NCBI GenBank assembly: GCA_002269645.1 | Contig: NIVC01000084.1 | Location: 744,001 to 808,000 of the forward strand | Length of the DNA stretch: 64,000 nucleotides | Source of the DNA: Macrostomum lignano | Taxonomy: Eukaryota | Direction: 5' to 3' | Shown here: in pieces, positions 37,059-58,700 of the stretch | Layout: each line of letters starts with the position of its first letter | Position numbering within the stretch: the first letter of the stretch is position 1 | The notes under the pieces: generated by a model | Told to the model about the DNA's origin: nothing | The model's database searches: none | What the model saw: only the letters and a program-made list of their open reading frames with translations | Position numbers and translations under genes: made by a program

Positions 37059-38223
37059 CTACTGCTAAGGTGCCAAGGCTATATGCTGAAATAACTTAAG
37101 AAAGTGAAAAATAATTCAGCATAGGATGGTAAAAGCTATATATATTATTATTTTTTATACTACTTAGACCCTAGTTCATTATTAATATTAATAGGCTAAG
37201 CTAGGCTAGCTTTGTCAGGCAGTTGTTCCAAAGAGGCAAGGGAAGCTAAATGCTAGCCCTTGATATTTCAAAAGTTGAAAGCAACTTAAATGCCCTAGCT
37301 CATACCACTTAGGTTGCAATGAATGCTACCACTATTGAAAGGGTTGAAATCCCTGCCCATTTGGCCTATTCACTAGACTTGATACCCTTCAGTTTTTATT
37401 TTATTAGCTCAAGTGGTCACTCCAAAGGCATCATTTCAAGTCTAACAAAAAGGCCATCACCTTTACTAACTAGTGGCTAGAAGCCCTATTTGAATAAGCT
37501 GACAAATCGCAGACATGTCTATTGCATTTACGAAATTTTTAGTGTCGCGTCGCGGTGGATTCTTCAGTAGGTGGTGCTGCTGGTGCTGGACTTGAAGTTA
37601 AAGTTTCTCGTTCTCTAGTTTTGATTTTGACATTTTTTCACTAATGACAAACATTGAGAATTGAGTGAACTGAACTCAGATGAAATGACTGCTAGGCCAG
37701 CTGCTAGCCTACTATGAATTATGAAAAACAAGTAACAAGTAATACTTGTTAGTTACAATGCCTGCACTGTTTTTCTAACTGCTATACCTTTGTTGTTTTA
37801 GTTTTTATTGTTTCATATTTCATCATCTTTGAATCAATGAAAGATTCATCTTTTGAATCAGATCATCTTTTGAATCAATGAAAGAAATTTCATTTCTTTT
37901 TCCGTGAAATTGAAAGGAATAGGCCTACTCTTGTCTTTCGCCCCATGGTCTTGGTCTTAGGAGTAAATGGCAGAATGGGAATTGTCAATTTAAGTGAATC
38001 TTTTCCCCCTGGTCATTTAGTCAATAGACATTGGTGTCGCATTGCCATGTCACCCCCCTCCAGTCAACAAAATTTGGTGTCGCATTGTGCTTTTGAGGGC
38101 ACAAATTTGGCATATATGGCTATGTTGCATGTCCATGGGTTTTTGAAACTTATTCACATAGGGGCTAGAAGACCAACTGGCCAAGTTTTAAACTTAGTTA
38201 TATACTAGAAAAGTTCTAGAAAT

Positions 38224-38828
38224 GGTTTCAACCCATTTTGGCAAAAGAATTTTTGCAGTGACCATTTTGTCTAAAGCTAGCCATTTGGCAAACAATTTAT
38301 TGTGATTGGGCCACTAATCCAAGCTTTGGCAAAGAGCAAATAGTTTATCTTGTTTTAGAAAAAGTCAAAATAAAAATGACAAACTTTTTAGAGACTATTT
38401 TATTGTTTTATGTTTTTTCCTATGGCAATTTTTTATTTGATTAATATAATATTATTTTATTAATTGTTGTTCCATTATGGCTGCATTTCAAAGTATGATT
38501 TAGAAACTGGAATGGTAGAAAGACCACTGTCATCCTTGACCCTAATCCATTGATTGCACTTTGCATGCACATAACATAATTAGCAACCAGCTAAATTGTA
38601 AGTTTTTGAATCTATAAACTATAAATATGTGCATAGCATTCAATGAATAATTTATTATAGGCTACAATTACAAAGTAGTATATCTGCAATTATAATTGTA
38701 GCCTATCTTTTCACCAAACTGGTCACTTTCTTTTGCCAAAATATAGGCCCACATCTATATAAACTAAAAATTCACTTTTACCAAAATGTCTTTTGCCAAA
38801 AATTCCTTTGCCAAAATGGGCTGCAGCC
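38224..38828. mobile_element. Old MITE-like element with about 50-bp degenerate TIRs
   Basis: ggtttcaacccattttggcaaaagaattttt versus reverse complement ggctgcagcccattttggcaaaggaattttt; flanks ctagaaat / atagaaac may be a decayed 8-bp TSD. Confidence 0.45.
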
Positions 38829-39505
38829 ATAGAAACTGCAAGAACACTTAATAACCAAACCAATTATTATAATTATTGTACATTTATAACAAGTAACAAT
38901 ATTAACAGCATTGATAGGCCTAATGATAGGTAGAATGAATAGGCCCTAGTGTAACTAGGCCTAGGCCTACTGGCTACCAGATGCTAATTAGGTTTAAAAA
39001 CTCAAATCTCAACTAAATCTCAAATAGGGGCCTATCTTGAAAGTAGGCCTATAGCTATAGATCTCGAGTCTAAAAAATCTCGAAAATTTGATATTGTTTG
39101 ACTAGATTTGTCTATTGTCTATTGTCTATATTGTCTAGGCCTAGAGTCAAGAGATGTAGAGACCTCTTTTTGTTCAAATGTCTTAGAATACTATTAGACA
39201 AATTAGAGCCAATACGATCTATAGGCCTAGCTTAGGGCTAGGCCCCTAGGCCTAGGGGTTTGTCTTGAATTTATTTTTGGAAACTGAAAAGCATCCCTGA
39301 GACTACCACTAGGCTAGGCCTAATGTGTAGTATAGGCATACATACATGTGCAACCTCCAAAATTTGGTCGGCCATGCGACTTAGTTTTAACAAAAATGCG
39401 ACATAGTTTTTGGCCAAAAATGCGACTTAGCTCGTACATGTAAAAAACCTAACGCAAAATTAACGCAACTTTGGGTAAACGGCAAGAGTAACTATAGGCC
39501 TAACT

Positions 39506-41104
39506 GGGATAGCGACGTTTGCCTGCGGGACGTTTGCCAGCCGACGTTTGCCTGCGGGACGTTTGCCAGCCGACATTTGCCAGCCGACGTTTGCCAGCCG
39601 ACATTTGCCAGTGGGACGTTTGCCAGCCAAAGTTTGCCTGCCAGACATTTGCCAGCCAACATTTGCCTGCGGGATGTTTGCCAGCCGACATTTGCCAGCC
39701 GACGTTTGCCAGCCGACGTTTGCCAGCGGGACGTTTGCCAGCCGAAGTTTGCCTGCCGGACGTTTGCCTGCCGGATGTTTGCCAGCCGACGTTTGCCTGC
39801 CGGAAGTTTGCCAGCCAAAATTTGCTAGCCAATATAAAGCCAGTCAGTGAAAAATTTGATACTGAAACATTCGCAGTTTAGCGGTTTGACAAATTCCGTT
39901 TTTACTCCAACTTTTTGACGGTTATTCGCATGTATACAAGTTTGAAAGCAAAATATATAAATTATGCAGTTCATCAGTCTAACGTCTAATATCTAGTTTA
40001 ACAACAATTTTGGCACAACATATCAAAAGATGAACATTGGGTTTGCCTCGTATGAAAGCAATAACAATTGTTGTGCTGAAAAGATGAAAACTTCCTATCT
40101 CTCTATGGCCTTCAAAACATTTTTTCATAGATTTCGAGTGCTGCGTACTTCTACTTTAGTAATCCTTGGCATGACTAAGCTTTGCATACGTAGTGTCTAG
40201 CGCTTGCTATTCTACTAGCTTGCTACTGGCGGCTTGTCTGGCTATTCAGCTATATAGCTTACTATAAAAACGTACTGCATTCGACTCGTCTACACATGTA
40301 CGTTGAGATCGCGGTTTCCTGGCTTACTTGAGTAGTAATACAACAGAATTGGAATCAATTTGCTTACTTTTAGATCTCCCAATGAACTGAGAAATATATG
40401 AGCCAGAATTACCGCTCAGCAGCTCTTTTTGTTTGCTTCATACCTTAAATCGCTGGAGATTCCCATTTTAATCTGCGCGTCTTCTTTCGCACATCAAAAA
40501 TCAAACATCTCAAACTGGGAAAAACGATACACAATTGTCAAAAGTAAACAATATTTTCACATTCAAAGAAAATCGTTGTTAAACTCGGGATATTAGATGT
40601 AAATCTATATAAATTGCATAATTTATATAGATTTTGCATAAATTTCATAATTTATAGATTTTGCTTTCAAACTTGTATACATGCGAATAACCGTCAAAAA
40701 GTTGGAGTAAAAACGGAATTTGTCAAACCGCTAAACTGCGAATGTTTCAGTATCAAATTTTTCACGGACTGGCTTTATATTGGCTAGCAAATTTTGGCTG
40801 ACAAACTTCCAGCAGGCAAACGTCGGCTGGCAAACGTCGGCTGGCAAACGTCCGGCAGGCAAACGTCGGCTGGCAAATGTCGGCTGGCAAATGTCGGCTG
40901 GCAAACGTCGGCTGGCAAACGTCGGCTGGCAAACGTCCCGCAGGCAAACGTCCGGCGGGCAAACTTCGGCTGGCAAACGTCCCGCTGGCAAACGTCGGCT
41001 GGCAAACGTCGGCTGGCAAACGTCGGCTGGCAAATGTCGGCTGGCAAACGTCCCGCAGGCAAACGTCGGCTGGCAAACGTCCCGCAGGCAAACGTCGTAG
41101 ACCC
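39506..41104. mobile_element. Non-autonomous foldback-type DNA transposon (Mutator/MULE-like): about 460-bp TIRs with internal 14/15-bp tandem units and a 9-bp TSD
   Basis: GGCCTAACT at 39497-39505 and 41105-41113; both termini start GGG (gggatagcgacg / gggtctacgacg); arms about 39506-39967 and 40646-41104 are inverted copies; no transposase ORF in the spacer. Confidence 0.9.
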
Positions 41105-43724
41105 GGCCTAACTGTCTTATTAAGTCAAAATGCCTCGTCAGCTACTTAGTACTACTACTTTGGTATTTTTTCGGGTGGGCATTTTTGCGACTTCCTTGGT
41201 TGGCCGCCAAATCGGTCGGCCGAATCGGCCGACTCGGCCGATTTGTTGCGCATGTATGAGTATAGGCCTTAAGTACAGAAATGAGGATTATAATATAGGG
41301 CCTAGGCCTACTTGGATGACATGCCGAACAAAACAATTTTGATACTAAGTATCAGTTTCCTAAGTGCCTGGAGTATACGTTCGAATGATCTTTAAAACGA
41401 ACTACGGCTGCTACGGGCTACCGAGACAGTTAATTTACTGAGTGCCTGGACTATACGTTCGAATGATCTTTAAAACGAACTACGGCTGCTACGGGATACA
41501 GAGACGTTAAATAAGACCAGTAAAAAAAACTGATCACTGCGCAACTGCAACTCACTCAACTCATTCACTCGAATTTACAAATAATGTAAAAATCTGCTAT
41601 TTAATACAATTGTAAAATTATGAAATTTCAATGCAAGATGGCATATTTAAGATACATAAAAATATTGTAATAAATTTTTTTGTCTTCTGACTAAGTTGTG
41701 CCACTTTTAGTAGCGAAATGCTACGAGAGCTGCTTATCTTTGTTATCTTAAGTAAAATTCTCCGGCTTGTGCTTTTGAAACTAATTCTGAAACAGGACTT
41801 AAGCAGTTTCACGAGAGTTTTTTAAAATGAACCGGATCTATTAGTACAGCGGGCGGATTGACTGCATTTGGTTTTAAGAAAACCAATAGTCATTATAGTC
41901 ATAATAGTCATTACTACCGAGCGTATTACCTAAGTATGACCAAAGTTTATAAATGCTGTAAAATACCATGTTGTTTGCGTCGGTAATACCAGTACAAAAT
42001 AAATCACAAATGTTTGTTTTCTGGTGGAAAAGCCACTGGTATAAAGAATGGTTGTAACTTGGAGTTAACACTATTATAAATTAAATGAGTCAAATACAAG
42101 ACTGAAATCATAAGGGTACAATTATAATTCGAAGTGTCAGGTAGGGAGGTCATTAAACCAGAATAAATTTCGTTCAATCCTGTAGAGTTTATTTTTATTG
42201 TATTAACAGACGCTATAAAAATTTATAATTTCTTGAAAGTTTCTATATATATGTACATGTATGTATACCTCGTACACACATGATGACGATAAATAAATCT
42301 ATCTAATGTTATCATAATCGTAACATTAAATTAACTAATATGTAGAACTTCGGTGTATAACCAATATTGTTCTTAAAAATGAGAAACAAAAATTCGACAC
42401 AGACAGAAATCAAATCAGTTATAGTTAGACGGGTTGCACAACACACAATCTGATAAAAGCGAAACATATAGAAGAGCATATAGGTGCCCGCCTAAAATTG
42501 AAGGGGTATTTCATTAATTTGTCAAGGACAGTTAATACTGTGGTGTGTGACAGAGAAAAGGGGAATTCACATTGATAAGTGTAAAGGCTGTTACATTTTT
42601 AGTATTTTGAAAAAAATTAAGTACACGTAAGCCAGTAAACTATGCGTCAGTGCTTAGTTATAAATTAAAACAAACCAGAAATACAGAAACGCTATCATAC
42701 ACCTGTAGTGGCTAGAGGGAGGGCGTTTGAAACTTTTTTAACCCATCTTTTAGCTAACGATTAAGTTATCTTTGTAACGACGACACTAACCTTCATTTAG
42801 CGATAAGCATATCATAGTTAACGCCTAAACTAGCTTTCATTAACGATTATAGTTATTTTAGTTAACAATTACACTAACCCTAATTAACGATTGTTATAAA
42901 GCTTCAAATTAACCGTTTAATTGCACAAATTACAGTAACTATAAAAAATGTTGTATTACACGTACACCGAAAATTATTGTCCGAGAGATTCTAAGCATAA
43001 AGGTGTTATAAATACACAATAAAGCATCAAAAATAGTGCGACCGATTTAATTAACAGATATTCATTTATTATTAATAATTAAGAATTACATAGTAAAAAT
43101 GACTTGACTAGAGCGATTGCTATAAAAAAGCAGAGAAACTAATCACAAGCTTTAAATAAAGCGACTTAAAACGTTCTATAAAGATTGTAAAGGATATTCC
43201 ACAGGCATGTAATAAAATCATAAATAATCGGATAGTGTGTGCACTGTGTTATAAAACTATAAAACAACAATTAAAATAATTCGTCAACAAAGTGACGCTA
43301 CCGCAAACCAATTAAATAACTGGCTCATTAAACACAATAAAAGTTCTCGACTGACTAAGAGAGTTTATTGCAAGTGCTAGCTAGCAATATGCATATGTAC
43401 AAAATCATCACTATTATTGATTGATCAAGTTAAAGAAAAGTAGAATTGTAAAACACATACGGCACTGCTAGAGCGATTAAAAATTTGCAAGCAACTAATA
43501 AATTTAAAAAAAAACAAGAGAAATGTCGTGCAACCGTTAATATCTACTGTGGTAAATGATGACACAATAAAAATGTACGACTGTTAGTCCACAAGATCAC
43601 AACACGCTAGACTGCATCAGCAACTAGGCATTCTTAGGTGCGCTAAAGCCATTCCCAAATAACAGCTGGCTGGGATTGGAGAGAGTAGACAGAGATGAGA
43701 TGTGAGATTAGAGATTAGAGAGGC

Positions 43725-44705
43725 AGATTAGATTTTAGACAAGGAGATGAGAGAGATTTGAGACATATGAGAGATATTAGAGACGGAGATGGGATGTTAG
43801 ACACGGAGATGAGAGATATTTGAGACATATGAGAGACATTAGAGACAGAGATGGGATGTTAGACACGGAGATGAGAGATATTTGAGACATATGAGAGACA
43901 TTAGAGACAGAGATGGGATGTTAGACACGGAGATGAGAGATATTTGAGACATATGAGAGACATTAGAGACAGAGATGGGATGTTAGACACGGAGATGAGA
44001 GATATTTGAGACATATGAGAGACATTAGAGACAGAGATGGGATGTTAGACACGGAGATGAGAGAGATTTGAGACATATGAGAGACATTAGAGACAGAGAT
44101 GGGATGTTAGACACGGAGATGAGAGAGATTTGAGACGGAGATGGGATGTTAGACACGGAGATGAGAGAGATTTGAGACATATGAGAGAGATTAGAGACGG
44201 AGATGGGATGTTAGACACGGAGATGAGAGATATTTGAGACATATGAGAGACATTAGAGACGGAGATGGGATGTTAGACACGGAGATGAGAGATATTTGAG
44301 ACATATGAGAGACATTAGAGACGGAGATGGGATGTTAGACACGGAGATGAGAGAGATTTGAGACATATGAGAGACATTAGAGACGGAGATGGGATGTAAG
44401 ACACGGAGATGAGAGAGATTTGAGACATATGAGAGACATTAGAGACGGAGATTGGATGTAAGACACGGAGATGAGAGAGATTTGAGACATATGAGAGAGA
44501 TTAGAGACGGAGATGGGATGTAAGACACGGAGATGAGAGAGATTTGAGACATATGAGAGAGATTAGAGACGGAGATGGGATGTAAGACACGGAGATGAGA
44601 GAGATTTGAGACATATGAGAGAGATTAGAGACGGAGATGGGATGTTAGACACGGATATGAGAGAGATTTGAGACATATGAGAGACATTAGAGACGGAGAT
44701 AAGAT
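43725..44705. repeat. Minisatellite, 62-bp unit
   Basis: gagagacattagagacggagatgggatgttagacacggagatgagagatatttgagacatat tandem units. Confidence 0.95.
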
Positions 44706-45189
44706 GTGAGCCATTCAGCAAGTAATGTACAACACCATCTAAAGCAACAATATAAAGTATGTTATAACTTTTATTAATAGTTAAAAATTAGTGTAAAAAT
44801 TAAAAGCAGTAAAAAAGCATTTGTTAAAAACATGGCCAACACAAAGCTGAATTATCGTACGCAGCGTATGCAAATAAAAATGAATAAGATTGTATCCAAC
44901 AAGCACACTTCGCGGTGCTTAAAATTTAATTTTAGTTAGAACTAGTAACTAATAATATTATAATAAAAGCAACAAGAGAGAGATTCTGCAACCGCTTCTC
45001 GTAAACACCAAGAGTTAGTTTACGAGTATATAAGGATTTTTCAAACCAACCGATGCAGAGTAAACCTGTTTAAGTACTAACACAGCTTCATAGTTCCGAT
45101 GTGGGTATTGAAAGAGATACCGATTGGATCAGGGGTTGGCAAACCATTTTACTTGTAGAATCCAGCTCATGGCTGTGGGCCAGGTGGGA

Positions 45190-45600
45190 GAGGAGAGATA
45201 GGAGGAAGGAGTAAATAAGGAGAGGAGAGGAGAGGAGAGGAGAGGAGAGGAGAGGAGAGGAGAGGGAAGAGGAGAGGAGAGAAGAGGGGGAGAGAAGAGG
45301 AGAGAAAAGGAGAGAAGAGGGGGGAGAGGAGAGAGGAGAGGGGGAGGGGAGAGAAGAGGAGAGAAGAGGGGGAGAGAAGAGGAGAGAAAAGGAGAGAAGA
45401 GGGGGGAGAGGAGAGAGGAGAGGGGGAGAGGGGAGAGGAGAGGAGAGAAGAGCGGGGAGAGGGGAGAGAAGAGGAGAGAAGAGGTGAGGGAGAAAGGAGA
45501 GAAGAGGGGAGAGAAATGGAAGAGGAGAGAAGAGAGGAGAAGGGAGAGAGGGGAGAAGAGGGGGAGAGAAGAGGAGAGAGAAAAGAGAAGAGGGAGCTGA
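45190..45600. repeat. GA-rich low-complexity tract
   Basis: Nearly pure purine run. Confidence 0.92.
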
Positions 45601-45823
45601 GAAGAGACACAAGTAGCGGCCCGGATTGCTACAGCTCGTAATGGTTTCAAAGGAGCCGATGGCCGCACTTTGCCCTCGACCACTGGGATTGAAGAACCGC
45701 AGTTAGCAACAGCTCAGCCAGCCTGCTCTTTGATAAATCATGGGACCTGTATTAAGTCTTACGTTATAAAATTACATATCTTGTCAGTCTGTAAGGGTAA
45801 TATAATCCAGTGCGCGGCTCAAT

Positions 45824-53058
<7,235 letters not shown>

Positions 53059-55754
53059 AAACAAGGACTTAGAGTTTTAAAACTTAAATTCATGATATTA
53101 AAAAATAATGTGAAAAGCTGATACAACCTGTGAACTCTCCTACAAAAAAGGTTTGCACTTTATTAGTTTCTGACAAAAATTTTGCGAAAACAAACATAGC
53201 TAGACAGAATAAATGTCAAAATAACAAAATTTGCCTTAAAAACTCATTTCCTAATACTAAGTACTTTAAAAAATGATGTCAATGACAACAATATCAACAT
53301 AAGATAAATTAAATGTTATTAAGTTGATAAAAACAACTTTTAATCAAAATTTAATAGCTGTTTGCATTATTAAATTTAGTATTAAATAAAAATTTTACCC
53401 CAATCGGGCTAGATATGCAACCAACAGCTCAGCTGCAGCTATTGCATGGCACATTTGAAGGCTGCATATGACTGCATATAATAGAGTACACAATAAAAAT
53501 ATGTTTACTAATTTATAAAAATAATAACAAGTACTATAGGCCTAACTCTTTGTTATTAATTAAATAAATATTTATTCGTATAAACTTGAAAACTTATCCT
53601 TAATAGTCTATTTAGTATTTTGTAATATTTCTAATTACAAAGATTAAAAAATAGCACTATAGCAGTAAAAATCCATACAAAAGTAATAAATTGTCATGTT
53701 TGTCATTTAAAGCAAACAGCTTGTTAATCCAAAGAAATAACACACAAATAAAATGGGCTTCCCATAACTATAACAAAAAGCAACAAGTATTACTTTTAAG
53801 AAAAATTTATAGTCTAGATATCAATCTAGGATTCTAGCTTTTAAGTTAAGAATTACAAAATGTTGCAATATAGGAGTAAGTCTAGGCCAAAAACAACTAT
53901 ACTTTATAAATTCCATCTTTGCTTCAAATAGAGCTTTCTAAGCTTAGGCTTTTTCTCATTGGAATAAGTTTAAAAAATTAGAAAATGTATCAAAAATTAT
54001 AGTATCCTAACAAAGAATGATAATAGACTGGGGTAAAAGTTTTATCTCTATTTTTTAAACATTTGTTTATCGTAGGCCTAGTAAATCTGAATTATTAAAC
54101 AATTTGAAAAATTATTAAATTAAGTTAAAAAACAAATTCACTAAGAGGACATTTATTAGTCTAATTAGATAACAGTGATAATACAATAAATATATGGAGG
54201 AATCATTTACACTAAATCTGATTATGATAAATGTTGCGTGCTCTTAAAGGTAAAAAATTAACGTGTACTTTTGACTTCTATAATGGCATTATGGTATTGG
54301 TTTGGCTTATGATACTGAATTACTTAGAGTATTGTGAGACTGATGGCTATGCGAACGCGAATATTTAGATTGCGTTATAGCTGACTACAATAAAAATGCA
54401 ACTTTTAAATAGCGAAATTAAATAATTTTCGAAGCCTGTACCATGCCTATCATAGTAATAATAGTTTTTTCTATTTTATTGCGGTTGAAAAAGAAACATA
54501 ACTTGTACTGCCTTAGAGTCACCTTTGTGGTTGATTTGTTTATGTGACTTATAAAAACCGTTACTTTTGTTTTTAAATTCAGCGAGTTAGGGCCTAATTC
54601 TTCCTTCTCTTCTCAAAAAAGAATTTTGAGGGTGACGAATATTTTTTCAATAGGTATAATAAAAATAGTTGCAATATTGACGATAACGCAGCTCACTTAA
54701 TGTATTGTGAAAATACATGTAACTATACACTTTGCACCTACTACATGTACATTACCTACACACGTCTTAGAACATCATGGGAGACTAAAAAAGACTTACT
54801 AAAATCGATACATCAATAAGTATGGTTAAAGAACAAACAGAATACGAAGAATAAAGAATCATATAAAGAATATATAAAGAATGAAAATATTTTTACCGTC
54901 TTTTTTACTCTTACATATATATACATGTAAGAGTATATATAGACATTTCGCTCGAACTTTGCTTGACTGCGGATCTCCGGTAGCATTTCATTAAAGAATA
55001 GCTTGATACGAGTTAAACTTGTGAGCGCACCTCAAACAAAATACATCCAAATATTTTCTTCCTTTGGAATTCATAAGTCGAGGAGGTGAGATGGCTAGCT
55101 GTGGTTTTAATTGCACTCTATTCTTGTTGCGCTTGTGCCCCTTGATGACGCAATGTAGTTGTGTTGAGAAGTTAATGAGCTTTTAGACCGCTCCAGTCTA
55201 ATTATATTTATATGTACTTAAAATACCGTATACAAACGGACAAATCAAAAAATTAAATTCAATTTACCTAGCGTAAATTATACTGAACTTTTATTTGATA
55301 CTCTCCGTTTGACAGCAGAAATATACGAAAAATACGCTAAGAAAATAATCTATCAAATATGTCAAATACCTTCACTGTTTAAGTAAACTAATATTTTCCA
55401 GTCACTACACGACAGAAATATGATTTGAATGTGAATTTACTTGTTCCAAACCTACAGGCCCAATTATTCAAATTCCGTCGATAATTCGAATTATTTTTAG
55501 GTTCAGAATCAGTTGGGATAGGGATGGAATCTTGTTAATTTCTACATGCACTTAAACGGGAATGGAACTTCACTTTCTTGAAAAATTTAATCCGGCAATT
55601 CGAGACCTTCAATCCCGGATATGGGCTCAAATCCCGGGTCGCTACTAGGGGGCTTGACTTACTTGACTTAGCTGCAGGGCTGTCCCAGAGGGGACCCAGC
55701 GGGAAGGCGCGGACACCCATTCCGCTAATCCTTGAAAGAACGGCCGACGCGTCG

Positions 55755-58700
55755 CTATGGACAAAGGGTTGGCGCCGCCCAGGGAGGTCCCCCAGTGTTG
55801 CCAGCAGCTATGGTGCTCTCTGGAAAGGAAAGTTCAGCCCTGCGGGTGGCCCGGAGGTAGCGCATGAGCTGATTAAATTTTTCGGGTTTGCACGCTTCAG
55901 TAATAGATGTGTGTGGCCCGAGGTAAGTGAGTCTGGCTCGCGTAAAGGCGGGACAGATGCTGACGAAATGTTCAGCGGTTTGGTCACCTGAGTTACAGAA
56001 ACTGCAGATGGCGTTGGTGGCGTTGCCCTGCAGGTACTGGTGCCTGGAGAAGCAGCCGTGACCTGAGAGGGTCATGATGCATGGCAGCCCGGATTTCTCT
56101 ACGCCAGAGGCGCAAGAGGAGGTTCCAGAGCTGGTGAGAGGGCTGAGGGACAGCGCCTCTGGATTGCCTGCATGTAGTGCAGTTCGCCCAAGTCGAGCGG
56201 TGCTGAGTCCTGATCCACGCTTTGATGCGCGAGTCGATGACACAGCCGGGAATCGGGACAAAGGGTTCGGGACCGAGAGAGGAGCCGGAGTACTGAGCGT
56301 GGGTTGCGATGACCCTCCCGTTCAGAAAGATTCCAACACCATAGCCGGTGTTGGCTGACTGCTTAGAACCGTCGGTGTAGCAATGAAGCTCACCAGGGTT
56401 CCAGTGGTCATTGATGGTATCGCGCGAGTCGATAACTACAGAGTAGCGTTGTCTCAGGTTCAGCGTTGAGGCAATGCCATCGGTGAAGACGCGATTGGCC
56501 TGACACTCGTTGAGAATATTGAGGCACAGGTCGCTATGCGGGACGAGGTTCCGCTTAGCAGGTGCCCTCATGTATAGGAATTTGACGCCGGCATCTAGCA
56601 GACGCCGCGTCGTTCTAGCCGCCTCACCCCTGACGAAGAGGTCGAGAGGCGGTAGATTAAGGAAGGCCCCATACCGGCAAAGGGCGTGGACCTAGTGGCA
56701 TTGCAGATAAGCCCACGCTCTGCCCTGGATCGTGTTGAGCAAATCTGCATGGCTTTTGACCTGGATAGCGCTAACCCAGACAACAGAGGCGTACGTAATG
56801 GCAGGTCTAACTACGGAAGTGTAGATCCACCAAAGCCGCTTTGGGGAAAGACCCCAAGAAGTGCCAAGTGCTCGTCGGAGCTGGGCCAGGATGGCTGAGG
56901 CATGCTTGGCTTTCGCTTTCATGTGGAAGGACCAGTTGAGCCGGTGGTCAAGTATGACCCCGAGACATCTGGTCTGATGCGCGAAGGCAATATCTCTGCC
57001 TTATAACTGCAGAGGTTGCATGTACCAGCGTATTCTACTGGTGAACATAATGGCAGCAGTTTTGGGCTCAGAGAGTTCCAAACCATTGTCATTGGCCCAG
57101 GATTTTGCTTTGCGGATGAAGCTCTGCATCAGATCCCTGAGCGTACTGGGAAACGGCCCTGCCACAATGGCAGTGACGTCGTCAGCATACCCGATCAGGT
57201 CGGGAGTCGCCCAGAAGAGCGTCCATGACCAGGTTCCAGAGCGTCGGGGTGAGGACTCCGCCTTTGGGTCCACACTTACAGACTCTGGCGGAGGCAGTTT
57301 GCCCAAGAAGTTGGGCAGTGACCTTACGGTTAGAGATCATGTACATGATCCATTGAAAGCATGAAAAAACAAGAAAGCATGAGCTTTGTGATTTTGAAGG
57401 GCCCTCTGAAATGCTTTAAAGATAACGTTGTCGAAGGCGCCAACAATGTCGAGAAAAAGGGCCAGGGCGTAACCGTCACCCGGTACCGCCCGTTCAATCT
57501 TCTCGACTATCGCATGCAGGGCGCTATCAGTCGACCTCCCGGTACGGAAGGCGTGCTGATTATTTCTGAGGGGCATCGCTGTCATTTCGCAGGAAAGCAG
57601 CCGCCAGAGAATAAGCCTCTCAGTGAGCTTAAGCATTGCTGATGTTAAGCTAATTGGCCTAAGGCCTTGACGCTCTGGTAGTCACCCTTCCCAGGTTTGG
57701 GAATAAAGACTACCCGAGCTTCAGTCCAGCACTTGGGTACATACCCCAGCTGGATAGAGGCCCGCATGAGATTGCGGGTAAGTCTCAAGAACGAGGTCAT
57801 CTTGGCTGCTTCACGAAGAAGAACAGGGTAGATACCATCGGGTCCAGGAGATTTGAAGGGCTTGAAGGTTCTGACCGCATGAGCGATTAAGCCTTCAGTG
57901 ACCATGCCCGCCGCTAGGGTGGCTCCATCCATCGAATGGTTGGTTTCCGGTCTAGCGGTGGGTACCCTTGGGAAGAAAGTGCTGAGCATATTCTTCTTCA
58001 GGGTCTTTAGTAAGAGAGTCATCATCTTTTCTGATCATGGCTAGTTTGGACATTTTGTCCATTTTAAGGGCCTTGACAAGCCTAGAAGTAGGTCTGTCTT
58101 GATCCAATTCATTGCAGAATTGGTGCCATTTACAGTCCTTGGCCTTGCGCACTTCAGATTTGAAGTTGCGGGACGCTTGCCGGAAAAGCTCCATGTCCTC
58201 CGGGTTTCCGGTCTTCATGGCACGGCGGTGAAGGCTTTTGGCCTTCCGCCTGAGTTTCCCCAGCTCCGGGTTCCACCACGGCACCGAAGTCTTGCCTTTG
58301 TAGGCACGGACAGGACAGGCCGCTTCATAGGCTGCAATAATACAGCCTGTCAGCGTCTCGGCCGTATGGTCCACATCTTCGCAGGTCTCAATCGAACGTA
58401 AGTCCGTGAGTTCCGGGAGATGCAGATCAAGGGTAGCCTTATAGGCCGCCCAATCGGTGTTGCGGATATTACGCCTCCAAGTGATCGAGAACTGAGGTTT
58501 AGTGTCCGCGTACGCGGAGAGAGATGATTAGATTGGATGACACAGGGGTCTCCATCAGAGAGATCAGTCCTCAGCCAAGCCTGGAGATGGCTGGCAGCGA
58601 GGATAGCCGCTCTAGGGCGGCTGTTCCCCGGGCCACACATAAAAATCAGAGTAGCCAGAAGGAATGTTGGGCAACTTACCGTTGCGCATCCAGGGTTCCT

